Assembly: GCA_041572575.1 (NCBI GenBank)
Contig: JBFFSH010000018.1
Span: 1-42,665 of the forward strand
Length of the DNA stretch: 42,665 nucleotides
DNA from: Thermodesulfobacteriota bacterium
GTDB lineage: Bacteria > Desulfobacterota_D > UBA1144 > Nemesobacterales > N074bin48
Direction: 5' to 3'
Made by a program: the position numbers and the translations under genes
The notes under the pieces: generated by a model
Databases searched by the model: none
What the model saw: only the letters and a program-made list of their open reading frames with translations
Told to the model about the DNA's origin: nothing
In this document: positions 18,316 through 30,163 of the stretch, piece after piece
How positions within the stretch are numbered: position 1 is the first letter of the stretch
Layout of the letters: each line of letters opens with the position of its first letter

Positions 18316-19242
18316 ATGCAGCTTTTAATAGATCCTAAAGAAAATATAGGTAAATCTGTCTGTGCTACTATTGGCATATTCGATGGAGTTCATCTTGGGC
18401 ATAAATCAATTATAGACCAGGTTAAAAAAGAGGCTCGTGCAAAGGGACTTTCTTCGTGTGTAATAACATTTGATCCTCACCCCCAGGAAGTTTTAACCGG
18501 GCAAAAACTTCCTTTCATCACTCCATTTGAAAAAAGAGTAAAACTTTTCGAAAAAGAAGATATAGACATAGCCGTCTGTTTTACGTTTGATAAGGAATTT
18601 TCAAAAATTACAGCAGAACAATTTATTAGAGATACACTCGTAAATGTTTTAAATCTAAAGGAAATATTCATTGGCCATGATTTTGTCTTTGGAAGCAAAA
18701 GGGGCGGCAATTATGAGCTGCTTAAAAAAATGGGAAATGAATTGGGGTTTAAAGCCACTATTATTGATCCTGTTACAAATGGAAGTAATGTTATAAGCAG
18801 CACAGCTATAAGAAATCTTATTCTCGAAGGTCACATAAGTAAAGCCAACAAATATCTTGGTAGAAACTTTAGTCTCGAAGGCACAGTAACAGAAGGTGAA
18901 AAGAGAGGCAGATTACTTGGTTTTCCCACAGCAAATCTAAAAACAGACTGGGAACTGCTACCAAAACCAGGGGTATATATTACACTCACTCACCTCGGTA
19001 AAAATACCCATAGGAGTATTACCAACATCGGCTTCCGCCCGACATTTGGAAAAAACAGCCTGCTTATAGAATCACACATTTTTAATTTCAGCTCAGAAAT
19101 TTATGGTGATGAAATCAGAATAGAATTTTTAAGCAGGCTAAGAGATGAAAAAAAATTTGGCGGATTAGAAGAACTAAAGCAAGCTATTTCACAGGATGTA
19201 AAAACAGCCAATCAATATTTTGATGATAATTTGGTAACCTGA
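18316..19242 (+). CDS. ribF: Bifunctional riboflavin kinase/FAD synthetase
   Basis: FDGVHLGH, ISSTAIR, GFPTAN, NIGFRPT. ATG at 18316. Confidence 0.96.
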   Translation: MQLLIDPKENIGKSVCATIGIFDGVHLGHKSIIDQVKKEARAKGLSSCVITFDPHPQEVLTGQKLPFITPFEKRVKLFEKEDIDIAVCFTFDKEFSKITAEQFIRDTLVNVLNLKEIFIGHDFVFGSKRGGNYELLKKMGNELGFKATIIDPVTNGSNVISSTAIRNLILEGHISKANKYLGRNFSLEGTVTEGEKRGRLLGFPTANLKTDWELLPKPGVYITLTHLGKNTHRSITNIGFRPTFGKNSLLIESHIFNFSSEIYGDEIRIEFLSRLRDEKKFGGLEELKQAISQDVKTANQYFDDNLVT

Positions 19243-19249
19243 TTCATTT

Positions 19250-20104
19250 ATGGATATTAACGCCACAACCAAGCTCTATGGAATCTTCGGCCACCCTGTA
19301 AGTCACAGCTTTTCTCCATCAATGCACAATGCAGCGTTTGAGCATCTTGGACTAAACTGCGTTTATCTTGCTTTTGATATACTGCCCGAAAACCTTTCCA
19401 CAGCTGTAGAATCTATAAGACAGTTAAATGTGCAGGGGGTTAACGTAACTATTCCTCACAAGCAGGAAATAATGAATTACCTTGACGATATATCAGATGC
19501 CGCAAAATACACTGGAGCTGTAAACACTGTTCACAACAAAAATGGTAAGCTTTTTGGCCACAACACCGATGTTGGCGGATTTTTAAAAGATCTTGAGATC
19601 GAATTAGGAATTACAGAATTTAGTGATGTTTCGGCATGTTTAATAGGAGCAGGTGGAGCAGCAAGAGCAGTACTTTCTGGTCTTTGCATGAAGGGGATAA
19701 AAAAAATTGTTATTGCTAATAGAACGATTAGTAAGGCATCAGACCTTGCCCAATATTTCTCAAAACAATTTTCAGATACCGTAATTAGTTCAGTTGATCT
19801 CGGTGATGAACAAGCTGTAAGCAAACACCTTAGTGAATCAAACCTGCTTATAAATTCATCTTCAGCCGGAATGACGGGACATGAAGAATTAAACATTGCC
19901 CTTGATTCATTACACAAAAACTCCTCGGTATATGACCTCGTTTATAACCCCAAGGAAACCAGGCTTGTAAAAGATGCTAGATCACTAGGTCATAATGCAT
20001 GCACAGGACTTGGAATGCTCCTCTATCAGGGTGCAGAGAGCTTTGAACTCTGGACTGGTAAAAAAGCCCCTATTGACATCATGAAGCAAGCCCTGGGTCT
20101 GTGA
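19250..20104 (+). CDS. aroE: Shikimate dehydrogenase
   Basis: HSFSPSMHN, NVTIPHK, AVNT, NTD, GAGGAAR, DLVYNP. Confidence 0.96.
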   Translation: MDINATTKLYGIFGHPVSHSFSPSMHNAAFEHLGLNCVYLAFDILPENLSTAVESIRQLNVQGVNVTIPHKQEIMNYLDDISDAAKYTGAVNTVHNKNGKLFGHNTDVGGFLKDLEIELGITEFSDVSACLIGAGGAARAVLSGLCMKGIKKIVIANRTISKASDLAQYFSKQFSDTVISSVDLGDEQAVSKHLSESNLLINSSSAGMTGHEELNIALDSLHKNSSVYDLVYNPKETRLVKDARSLGHNACTGLGMLLYQGAESFELWTGKKAPIDIMKQALGL

Positions 20105-20137
20105 CCCTGACATACCACTTTAAAGGGCTGGTCACAG
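20099..20137. terminator. Inverted repeat between convergent genes, possible bidirectional terminator
   Basis: CTGTGACC (20099-20106) / GGTCACAG (20130-20137), followed by TTTATTTGTTT. Confidence 0.45.
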
Positions 20138-20138
20138 T

Positions 20139-21449
20139 TTATTTGTTTGCAAACGGATCATCTATTTCTGGATGCCACCTGCCGAAATGATGTTTACAGT
20201 TTTCTGTATAAGCGCCCTCCGGATAGTACTTATCGTAAAAATCCAGATCGAGATGATGAGCCTGCACCATAAACCTTAAAAACATTGGGTCAGAGAATGC
20301 AGGGAATCTGCCGTAAGTATCATAAATATAATTGCAAATATCTTTTACGACCTGAATCTCTTCTTTGCTGGGCCTTTCTATTTCGCCAAGCACTCCCTCA
20401 GGGTCTTTGTAAGGCATCTTATGAGTTTCCCAGTTTGTCCATTTAAGGTCATTAAGCGCTTCAACTGCTTCCCCCATATCTTTATAATAAGGCGGGCAGA
20501 ACGCATGAAACATATCGTCCTTACCTACTGCCACAGGGTTGGGATTTCCTGTATCTCCTTTAATATCAGGAGTAATAAATCTAAACCCGAGACCTCTGTT
20601 AAATGGAGTACCTCCGAGCATAAACATGCTCGCAAAGCCGCTAAAAAGCCACCCGCCTAACCCCAGGGTCTGAAGCGCAAGCACCATGTTTTGACCCATA
20701 AATGCCTGCTCTGCTATATATCCATTTGCAAATCTTAGCTCTGCTTCAATGAGAGGCATTCTCTTGCTTTCATCCAAAAATCCTTTTTCCAGCCAGCCCT
20801 TTGTTCCTGGTGGTCTCATCCCATGGAGCTCATCAACAAAATTAAACCTGTGATCGGGGCGCATATAAAAGAACAGAAGGTTAATAATACATGCAGAAAG
20901 GTCTGTGACAGGCATAAATACACTAGTTCCCGGCTTATTTACATTCCATAGATTGTGTGCGGCAATCCCTGGGGGTTTGCTTGGAAGATCTGCCCTTCCG
21001 TCATGAATCTTTATTTTTGATTCTCTGAATAGTTCTACGATTCTATCGATTCTTTTGTCTCGTGTAAGCCCCTCAAGACCCTTAAAATCGTCCGGTCTCT
21101 TATCATGCATCTTAATCATGTATGTGCCTTCATCGTTTGTATAAAAAAGCTCAGTTCTGTGCACATCACCAAGTGCCGGGATAGTTTTACTTGTAAACTG
21201 CATCTCAAGATCAAGGCCCACATGCGGTGGGAAATCAGAAAGATTAATACCTTTTATTCCTAAACCCGTCCACACCAGTATTGCTTCTTCTACTTCGGAG
21301 AGAGATACAGGTTCATGTTTTGATTTATATGTAAGCGGCCCTCTGTCAATCTCCATTCCAAGACCGAATCTTCTGGATCTCCTCTGAAATACCGCGTCAT
21401 AAAAATTATAGTCAACAGCTACATCTAATCCCTCTGGATATTTTCCCAT
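20139..21449 (-). CDS. Uncharacterised long nitroreductase-superfamily flavoprotein
   Basis: N-terminal RRSRRF FMN-phosphate motif, TIP motif, and GQNMVLALQTLGLGG matching the nitroreductase QNxxLxAxxLGLG helix. Confidence 0.65.
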   Translation of the reverse strand: MGKYPEGLDVAVDYNFYDAVFQRRSRRFGLGMEIDRGPLTYKSKHEPVSLSEVEEAILVWTGLGIKGINLSDFPPHVGLDLEMQFTSKTIPALGDVHRTELFYTNDEGTYMIKMHDKRPDDFKGLEGLTRDKRIDRIVELFRESKIKIHDGRADLPSKPPGIAAHNLWNVNKPGTSVFMPVTDLSACIINLLFFYMRPDHRFNFVDELHGMRPPGTKGWLEKGFLDESKRMPLIEAELRFANGYIAEQAFMGQNMVLALQTLGLGGWLFSGFASMFMLGGTPFNRGLGFRFITPDIKGDTGNPNPVAVGKDDMFHAFCPPYYKDMGEAVEALNDLKWTNWETHKMPYKDPEGVLGEIERPSKEEIQVVKDICNYIYDTYGRFPAFSDPMFLRFMVQAHHLDLDFYDKYYPEGAYTENCKHHFGRWHPEIDDPFANK

Positions 21450-21588
21450 TGTAATAGTCCCTCGTAGTAATAGTTTTGAAAACTTAGTGTATCAAATTAG
21501 AAACTTTAAAACAATTAGTTTATTAAATGCTTTAAAAAATTATTGATCATGTAATATATATCAACATGTTTATAAGGTGGATTTATAT

Positions 21589-22311
21589 ATGAAAACAGAT
21601 CATGATGAACAGGAATTAGATTTATCTGAAAAAGGCAGGTCAAAGGATGGAACTGTAATATCTCTCGATAAGAGACTGTTTTTGCAGTTTTTAGCATTTG
21701 GTGACTGTGATGATGCAACAAGCATTGCTAGACATTTAAGCAGTTCCGGTACACAGGGAGCTCTCTATCTCGATATTAATGATCCTTTTGGAATTGGTCT
21801 ATTAACACTAAGCGAAGACCCCGATTACTTTGTAACAGGCTTAAGAGAGGTTTTAAATACCGACCCATTTATGAGTCTATATATAAAAGAAGAGTATACA
21901 ATGCTCGGAAGAACATACTCATTTGGTTATGAACCAGACTTAGAAGCAACTCTTCTCACAGGACCTAGAAAGAAAGTATTAGACCCTGAGTGGAAATGGG
22001 CTATTTGGTACCCGCTGCAAAGAAAGAAGGAATTTGAGAGGCTATCAGAAGACGAGCAAAGAGCTATACTTGGTGAACATGGAAAGCTGGGATTTAAATT
22101 TGGTAAAGCAGGCTATGCTAAGGATATACGCCTTGCGTGTCACGGTATAGACAAAAACGATAATGATTTTGTAATTGGAGTAATAGGTAAAGAACTCCAT
22201 CCTCTATCTGCATGCATAGAGGCTATGAGAAAAACAAAACAGACTTCTCAATACTTAGAAAGCCTGGGCCCGTTTTTTGTCGGTAAAGCTATCTGGCAAA
22301 GCGAGATTTAA
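21589..22311 (+). CDS. Chlorite dismutase/coproheme decarboxylase (ChdC/HemQ) family heme protein
   Basis: WYPL, EQRAILGEHGKLG (proximal His), DFVIG, GPFFVG. ATG at 21589. Confidence 0.85.
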   Translation: MKTDHDEQELDLSEKGRSKDGTVISLDKRLFLQFLAFGDCDDATSIARHLSSSGTQGALYLDINDPFGIGLLTLSEDPDYFVTGLREVLNTDPFMSLYIKEEYTMLGRTYSFGYEPDLEATLLTGPRKKVLDPEWKWAIWYPLQRKKEFERLSEDEQRAILGEHGKLGFKFGKAGYAKDIRLACHGIDKNDNDFVIGVIGKELHPLSACIEAMRKTKQTSQYLESLGPFFVGKAIWQSEI

Positions 22312-22328
22312 CTTTTTAGAACCCGTTC

Positions 22329-22634
22329 TTAAGAAAGCCCAAACATCTTATACTTTGATAAGATACTGTCTTTGCAGACTTTTGAGACCCTGAATTTTAC
22401 ATCCTTTTTTGCAGGGATATCAATTTCCTCACCTGTTGCAGGGTTTCTGCCTTTTCTTGCTTTCCTTTGAATTAACACCAGTTTACCCACCCCAGGTAAA
22501 GTGAAGGAATTTTCAGCTTCTCTATAAGCTATATCTGCCAGTTCATCTAATACAGCGGTTGCCGATTTTTTGGTGATTCCTGTTTTTTCTGACAGTTCAG
22601 ATGCGAGTTGGGATTTTGTAAGTGACTTAGCCAT
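22329..22634 (-). CDS. hup: HU family DNA-binding protein
   Basis: TKSQL, LPGVGKL, RKARKGRNPATGE, IPAK. ATG 22634 follows a GGAGG RBS. Confidence 0.93.
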   Translation of the reverse strand: MAKSLTKSQLASELSEKTGITKKSATAVLDELADIAYREAENSFTLPGVGKLVLIQRKARKGRNPATGEEIDIPAKKDVKFRVSKVCKDSILSKYKMFGLS

Positions 22635-22786
22635 GTTGTTTAACCCTCCATCCAATTCATAAATTTAGTATTACTCTACTACATTTTTAATAGAATTGTA
22701 ATCTCAAATTTAAGAAAGTTCCAGTGAGAATAGAAAATTTTATAAAATGTGTTTTGATATTCAATTAATCAGACAACCGCTAATTT

Positions 22787-23158
22787 CTATAAAATTTCCA
22801 AAACTTTTTCAGGTGGCCTGCCAATAATTGCTTTATTATTATAAATAACTATTGGTCTTTCTATAAGTTTAGGATTTTCTGAAAGTATTTTTAGCCATTC
22901 TTTTCTAGTTTTCTTATCTTTAGCTGTCAGTCCCAGCTCAGCAAACAGCTTTTCCTTGGTTCTTGTAATTTCAAGAGGCTCAACTCCAAGCTTATTACAA
23001 ATCTCATCAAGCTCTGAAACGGTTGGAGGAGTTTTAAGATACTCTATTATACTAAGATCCAAATTATTATCTTCTGTAAGCTTAAGTGTTTGTCTGCTCT
23101 TTGTACATCTTGGATTATGTAATATTATATTATTTAATTTGCTTACTTTTTTTGACAT
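22787..23158 (-). CDS. ArsC/Spx family reductase (glutaredoxin-type arsenate reductase-like)
   Basis: HNPRCTKSR, LIERPIV, IGRPPE. Confidence 0.88.
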   Translation of the reverse strand: MSKKVSKLNNIILHNPRCTKSRQTLKLTEDNNLDLSIIEYLKTPPTVSELDEICNKLGVEPLEITRTKEKLFAELGLTAKDKKTRKEWLKILSENPKLIERPIVIYNNKAIIGRPPEKVLEIL

Positions 23159-23236
23159 AAATATATTGTCCAATCAATTAAATTTTATTTTCAATACAAT
23201 ATCAATAAATCTTATTACTAGCAAAATATTTTACAT

Positions 23237-25303
23237 ATGAAATCCTATTTTAGCTTTATTATTTTATTGTTATTTTTGATTTCGTCTCAAGTTGCTGAGT
23301 GTGATGAGGCTGTAGATAAATCGCAAATATTACTTGATCCCATCGAAGTAACCTCAACCCGGATTAATAAAAATATCAACAAGGTTCCATTTTCTTTGAG
23401 CTTAATTGATAAAGATGAACTCCAGCTTGGTGAGCAGACTATCACGCTGGATGAGTCTCTAAACAAAATTCCCGGAGTTTATGTACAGAACAGATACAAC
23501 TTCGCCCAGGATCAGAGAATTTCTATAAGAGGCTTTGGCTCAAGGGCGGCTTTTGGGGTTAGAGGTATAAAAATCCTGTACGACGGTATTCCGCTTACGC
23601 TTGCAGATGGGCAGAGCCAGACAGACAGCATAGATTTGAGTTCAGCCGAGAGAATTGAGGTAATCCGAGGGCCCGTTTCTGCACTTTACGGAAATGCTTC
23701 AGGCGGAGTAATTAGTATATTCTCTGAAACAGGATTCGAGCAGCCATTTTTTGATGTCAAATCAGTATTCGGATCATTTGGGCTATACAGGCTAAATGCA
23801 AAAGCAGGTGGACAAGTAGAAAATTTAAGTTATCTGATAAATCTAAGCAGACTTAATTATGACGGGTTTAGAGATCACAGCAAGACAGAAAATGTTCAAT
23901 TAAACAGTAATTTCAATTATCTACTAGGAGTCAATTCGGATATCACAGTTGTTTTAAACTATATAGATGCTCCAAGGGCTGATGATCCCGGAGCTTTAAC
24001 TAAAGAACAGATTAATCAGGATAGGAATCAGGCATCAGCTGGCAATTTAGTCTCAAACTCAGGAGAATCAATAGAACAACTCAGGATTGGCTTAAAATTT
24101 AATTCATATTTAAATGACGAAAATAGTATAGAGACTCTAACCTATATTATCACCCGTGATTTTGAGCAGAGGCTGCCCTTTGGAATTGTTTCTTTTGACA
24201 GAATCTTTTTAGGAGGAGGCTTTAAATATATAAATACCAGTAAATTTCTAAACCATAACAACCGTCTTATATTGGGCACGGACATTAAATATCAGGATGA
24301 TGATAGGGTAAATTTCTCATTTACTGATGAATTTAGAAAAGATGCTTTAACCCTTGATCAGACAGAACAGGTTTTTAACATCGGGCTATATATGCAAAAC
24401 GAGTTTTCAATATTGGATAATCTCGAATTCTCATTAGGCTTTAGATATGACTACTACAATTTTTCTGTTGATGATTTTTTTATTAATGACAATAATCCTG
24501 ATCAGTCAGGCTCAAGATCGTTTAACCAGATAAATCCAAAAATAGGAATACTTTATTCTCCCTTAGAATATATAAATATATACGGGAATTTCTCAACTTC
24601 CTTTGAGACACCTACAACTACAGAGTTTATAAATAACCCCGAAGGCTCGGGCGGGCTTAATCCTGATCTCGATCCACAAAAAACAATTGGCTTTGAAATT
24701 GGTGTAAAGGGGGTTATTGAGAATAAGCTCAATTGTGAAATTGCGCTTTTTTATGCAGATATTGATGATCAGCTTATCCCATTCGAAGTAGAAGAGTTTC
24801 CAGGAAGGGATTTTTTCAGAAATGCAGGTAGTTCAAGACAATATGGGATTGAAATATTGTTAGGATATTCCCTAACAAAAAACATCCGTACCTCTTTTTC
24901 TTACACTTACTTAAATTTTGAATTTACAGACTTCGAAGCTGAAGATGAAATCTTCGATGGTAACGATGTACCGGGAATTCCTGATCATCAAATTCATGCA
25001 GATATATTATATAAATCGGATATGGGCTTGTATGCAGGAGCAGATTTTCTGTATGTTTCCGATTTTTTTGTTAATGATTCTAATTCAGAAGAAAATGAAA
25101 GCTATAAAGTCTTAAATCTAAAAACAGGGTTTGAAAGATCATTCTATAACAAACTCCTAATAAATGCCTTTTTGGGGTTGAATAATGTATTGGATGAAAA
25201 ATATAACTCATCTGTAAGGGTAAATGCATTTGGAGACAGATTTTTTGAACCGGCACCTGAGTTCAATTTATTTGGCGGATTATCACTTAAATACACAATT
25301 TAA
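23237..25303 (+). CDS. TonB-dependent receptor, YncD/PqqU-like
   Basis: Signal peptide, TonB box (DPIEVTS), plug QNRYNFAQD..SIRGFGSR..GVRGI..DGIP..DGQ, RGP.SALYGNASGG, C-terminal RFFEPAP. Confidence 0.9.
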   Translation: MKSYFSFIILLLFLISSQVAECDEAVDKSQILLDPIEVTSTRINKNINKVPFSLSLIDKDELQLGEQTITLDESLNKIPGVYVQNRYNFAQDQRISIRGFGSRAAFGVRGIKILYDGIPLTLADGQSQTDSIDLSSAERIEVIRGPVSALYGNASGGVISIFSETGFEQPFFDVKSVFGSFGLYRLNAKAGGQVENLSYLINLSRLNYDGFRDHSKTENVQLNSNFNYLLGVNSDITVVLNYIDAPRADDPGALTKEQINQDRNQASAGNLVSNSGESIEQLRIGLKFNSYLNDENSIETLTYIITRDFEQRLPFGIVSFDRIFLGGGFKYINTSKFLNHNNRLILGTDIKYQDDDRVNFSFTDEFRKDALTLDQTEQVFNIGLYMQNEFSILDNLEFSLGFRYDYYNFSVDDFFINDNNPDQSGSRSFNQINPKIGILYSPLEYINIYGNFSTSFETPTTTEFINNPEGSGGLNPDLDPQKTIGFEIGVKGVIENKLNCEIALFYADIDDQLIPFEVEEFPGRDFFRNAGSSRQYGIEILLGYSLTKNIRTSFSYTYLNFEFTDFEAEDEIFDGNDVPGIPDHQIHADILYKSDMGLYAGADFLYVSDFFVNDSNSEENESYKVLNLKTGFERSFYNKLLINAFLGLNNVLDEKYNSSVRVNAFGDRFFEPAPEFNLFGGLSLKYTI

Positions 25304-25387
25304 AAATAAAATAATGAGTTACATCTTGAACAACCGGGAGCAAGATGGATAATTACACTCCTATTCCACTTGTAAATTAGAGAAAAC

Positions 25388-25654
25388 ATGAAAGAGTATA
25401 AAGTAAAAGTCGAAGTAAAACTAAAACCGGTAGTTTTGGACCCTCAGGGCAAGGCAGTCCTATCCTCACTCCACAATCTGGGATTCAGTGAAGTGGAAGA
25501 CTGCAGGGTTGGCAAATTAATCGAGTTAAATATAAAAGACAGTGATTCTGAGAACATTAAAGACCGCGTAGACGATATGTGCAAAAAACTACTATCTAAC
25601 CCTGTAATTGAAGACTACAAAATCTCAATGGAAGAAATATTAAAAGATGGCTAA
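25388..25654 (+). CDS. purS: FGAM synthase subunit PurS
   Basis: [20 protein letters not shown]. Confidence 0.96.
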   Translation: MKEYKVKVEVKLKPVVLDPQGKAVLSSLHNLGFSEVEDCRVGKLIELNIKDSDSENIKDRVDDMCKKLLSNPVIEDYKISMEEILKDG

Positions 25655-26345
25655 ATTTGCCGTAATCGTATTTCCCGGTTCTAACTGTGATCACGACTGC
25701 CATCACGCCCTTAAAAAAGTTCTTGATCAGCAATCTAAGTTGCTCTGGCACGAAGAGACTGATTTAGATGATTTTAATTGTGTGGTTATACCGGGTGGTT
25801 TTTCGTATGGAGATTATCTTAGGACAGGAGCAATAGCCAGATTTTCACCAGTAATAGAATCTGTTAAAAAATTTGCTAATGAAGGAAAACCGGTGATTGG
25901 TATCTGCAATGGTTTTCAGATTTTAGTTGAATCTGGCCTACTTCCCGGAGGATTTATAAGAAATTCCTCGCTAAAGTTCGTTTGTAAGTGGGTAAACTTA
26001 ACCGTCGAAAATACCGACACTCCATTTACAAACCTTTGTGAAAAGGGGGATGTACTAAAAATCCCGGTTGCAAATGGAGAAGGAAACTATTTTGCATCTG
26101 AAGCTGACCTGAAACAACTCCAAGATAATTCCCAGATAGTACTTCGATACTCCGATAAGAATGGAAAAGTAGATTCAAATTCCAACCCCAATGGTTCGAC
26201 ATACAACATTGCAGGCATTTGCAACAAACAAGGAAATGTACTGGGTATGATGCCCCACCCGGAAAGGTGCTGCGAGCAGGCGCTAGGTGGCGAGGATGGA
26301 AAAGTAATATTTGAATCAATTCTCAACTTCATAAACAACAACTAA
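25647..26345 (+). CDS. purQ: FGAM synthase glutaminase subunit PurQ
   Basis: [31 protein letters not shown]. Confidence 0.97.
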   Translation: MAKFAVIVFPGSNCDHDCHHALKKVLDQQSKLLWHEETDLDDFNCVVIPGGFSYGDYLRTGAIARFSPVIESVKKFANEGKPVIGICNGFQILVESGLLPGGFIRNSSLKFVCKWVNLTVENTDTPFTNLCEKGDVLKIPVANGEGNYFASEADLKQLQDNSQIVLRYSDKNGKVDSNSNPNGSTYNIAGICNKQGNVLGMMPHPERCCEQALGGEDGKVIFESILNFINNN

Positions 26346-26439
26346 TCCTAAAATTTTGTAGTCACATTTATTTTTATAGCCGTATTTCCAAAATGAGCAT
26401 ATAATTTCAGGAATTAATAATTCTAAGGTAATTTGATAG

Positions 26440-26898
26440 ATGACCGACGATATACAAGGACTTAGAAGAATATTAAAAGAGTGTAAAACCATAGCAATGG
26501 TGGGTCTTTCACAGAAATGGAATAGGCCAAGCAATTATGCAGCAAAATATCTGCTTTTACACGGATATGAGGTCATACCCGTAACACCTACATACGAAGA
26601 GGTGCTTGGACAACAATGTTATGGTAGCATATTGGACATACCTAAAAAGGTTGACGTTGTGGACTGTTTTAGAAAAGAGGAAGAAATCCCTGCAATTGCA
26701 AGAGATGCAGTCAAAATCGGAGCCAAAGTGCTGTGGATGCAGCTTGGAATTGTAAATGAACAAGCAAGACAAATTGCAGAGGACGGCGGACTTGAAGTAG
26801 TAATGAACAGATGTATGAAAATAGAACATGGAAGGCTTTTTGGAGGTATAAGTTTTTTAGGTGTGAATACCTCAGTGATAACTTCGAAATTACAATAA
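26440..26898 (+). CDS. CoA-binding protein (YccU-like)
   Basis: IAMVGLS..RPS, VDVVDCFR, LWMQLG, VVMNRCMKIEH. Confidence 0.92.
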   Translation: MTDDIQGLRRILKECKTIAMVGLSQKWNRPSNYAAKYLLLHGYEVIPVTPTYEEVLGQQCYGSILDIPKKVDVVDCFRKEEEIPAIARDAVKIGAKVLWMQLGIVNEQARQIAEDGGLEVVMNRCMKIEHGRLFGGISFLGVNTSVITSKLQ

Positions 26899-26910
26899 AA
26901 ATACAAATAG

Positions 26911-29380
<2,470 letters not shown>

Positions 29381-29384
<4 letters not shown>

Positions 29385-30163
29385 GACTCGGAATAGCCCT
29401 TGGAGGCGGGGGTGCAAAGGGATATGCCCATATCGGTGTCTTAAAAGCATTTAGTGATATGGGAATAGAGTTTGATGTAATCTCGGGAACAAGTGTCGGG
29501 GCACTGGTAGGAGCTGTCTATGCTTCAGGCAACCTCGACAGGCTTGAAGAAATTGCAACCAAATTCAGTGTATTAGATATTCCATTACTGCTCTCTCCAA
29601 CAATTTCTAAACAGGGGTTTTTCAGCGGAAAAAAGATAGAGACTCTTTTGAATGAGTTAATCTCTGAAAAAAATATTGAGGATCTTCCAAAACCATTTTC
29701 TGCAGTATGTGTGGATTTGAATAAACCAGAGATAGTTACTCTTAGTAAAGGGAATTTGATAAATGCAGTGAGGGCGAGCATTTCAATACCAGCAATTTTT
29801 ACCCCAATAAAATCAGGAAAGCAGCTTCTAGTTGACGGAGGAGTATTAGAACCTGTTCCCGTTGAAGCAACAAGAAATATGGGTGCGGATATAGTAATTG
29901 CAGTTGATCTTCTTTCAAAATCTAAGAATTTCAAGGACTTACAGGATGGAACCATAGTTGATATTATTCAAAAGACTTCCATCGCCACTCAGCAGGGACT
30001 TACCAAGTTCAGAATGCAGCTTCATCCGCCTGATCTAATAATAGAGCCGGATGTGTCAGCACTTGGTATTCTGGATTTTAAAAATGGAAAGAAAGTGATT
30101 AAGATAGGCAAAGAGGAAACTAAAAAAATGATCCCTCATATTAATAAATTATTAGGCCGTTGA
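29381..30163 (+). CDS. Patatin-like phospholipase (RssA-like)
   Basis: GGGGAKG, GTSVG, ASISIP, VDGG. Confidence 0.92.

Noticed and set aside
22787..23158. Arsenic resistance operon
   Set aside because: Lone ArsC-family gene with no arsR, arsB or acr3.
23160..23236. Fur box upstream of the TonB receptor
   Set aside because: Only a weak match in very AT-rich DNA.
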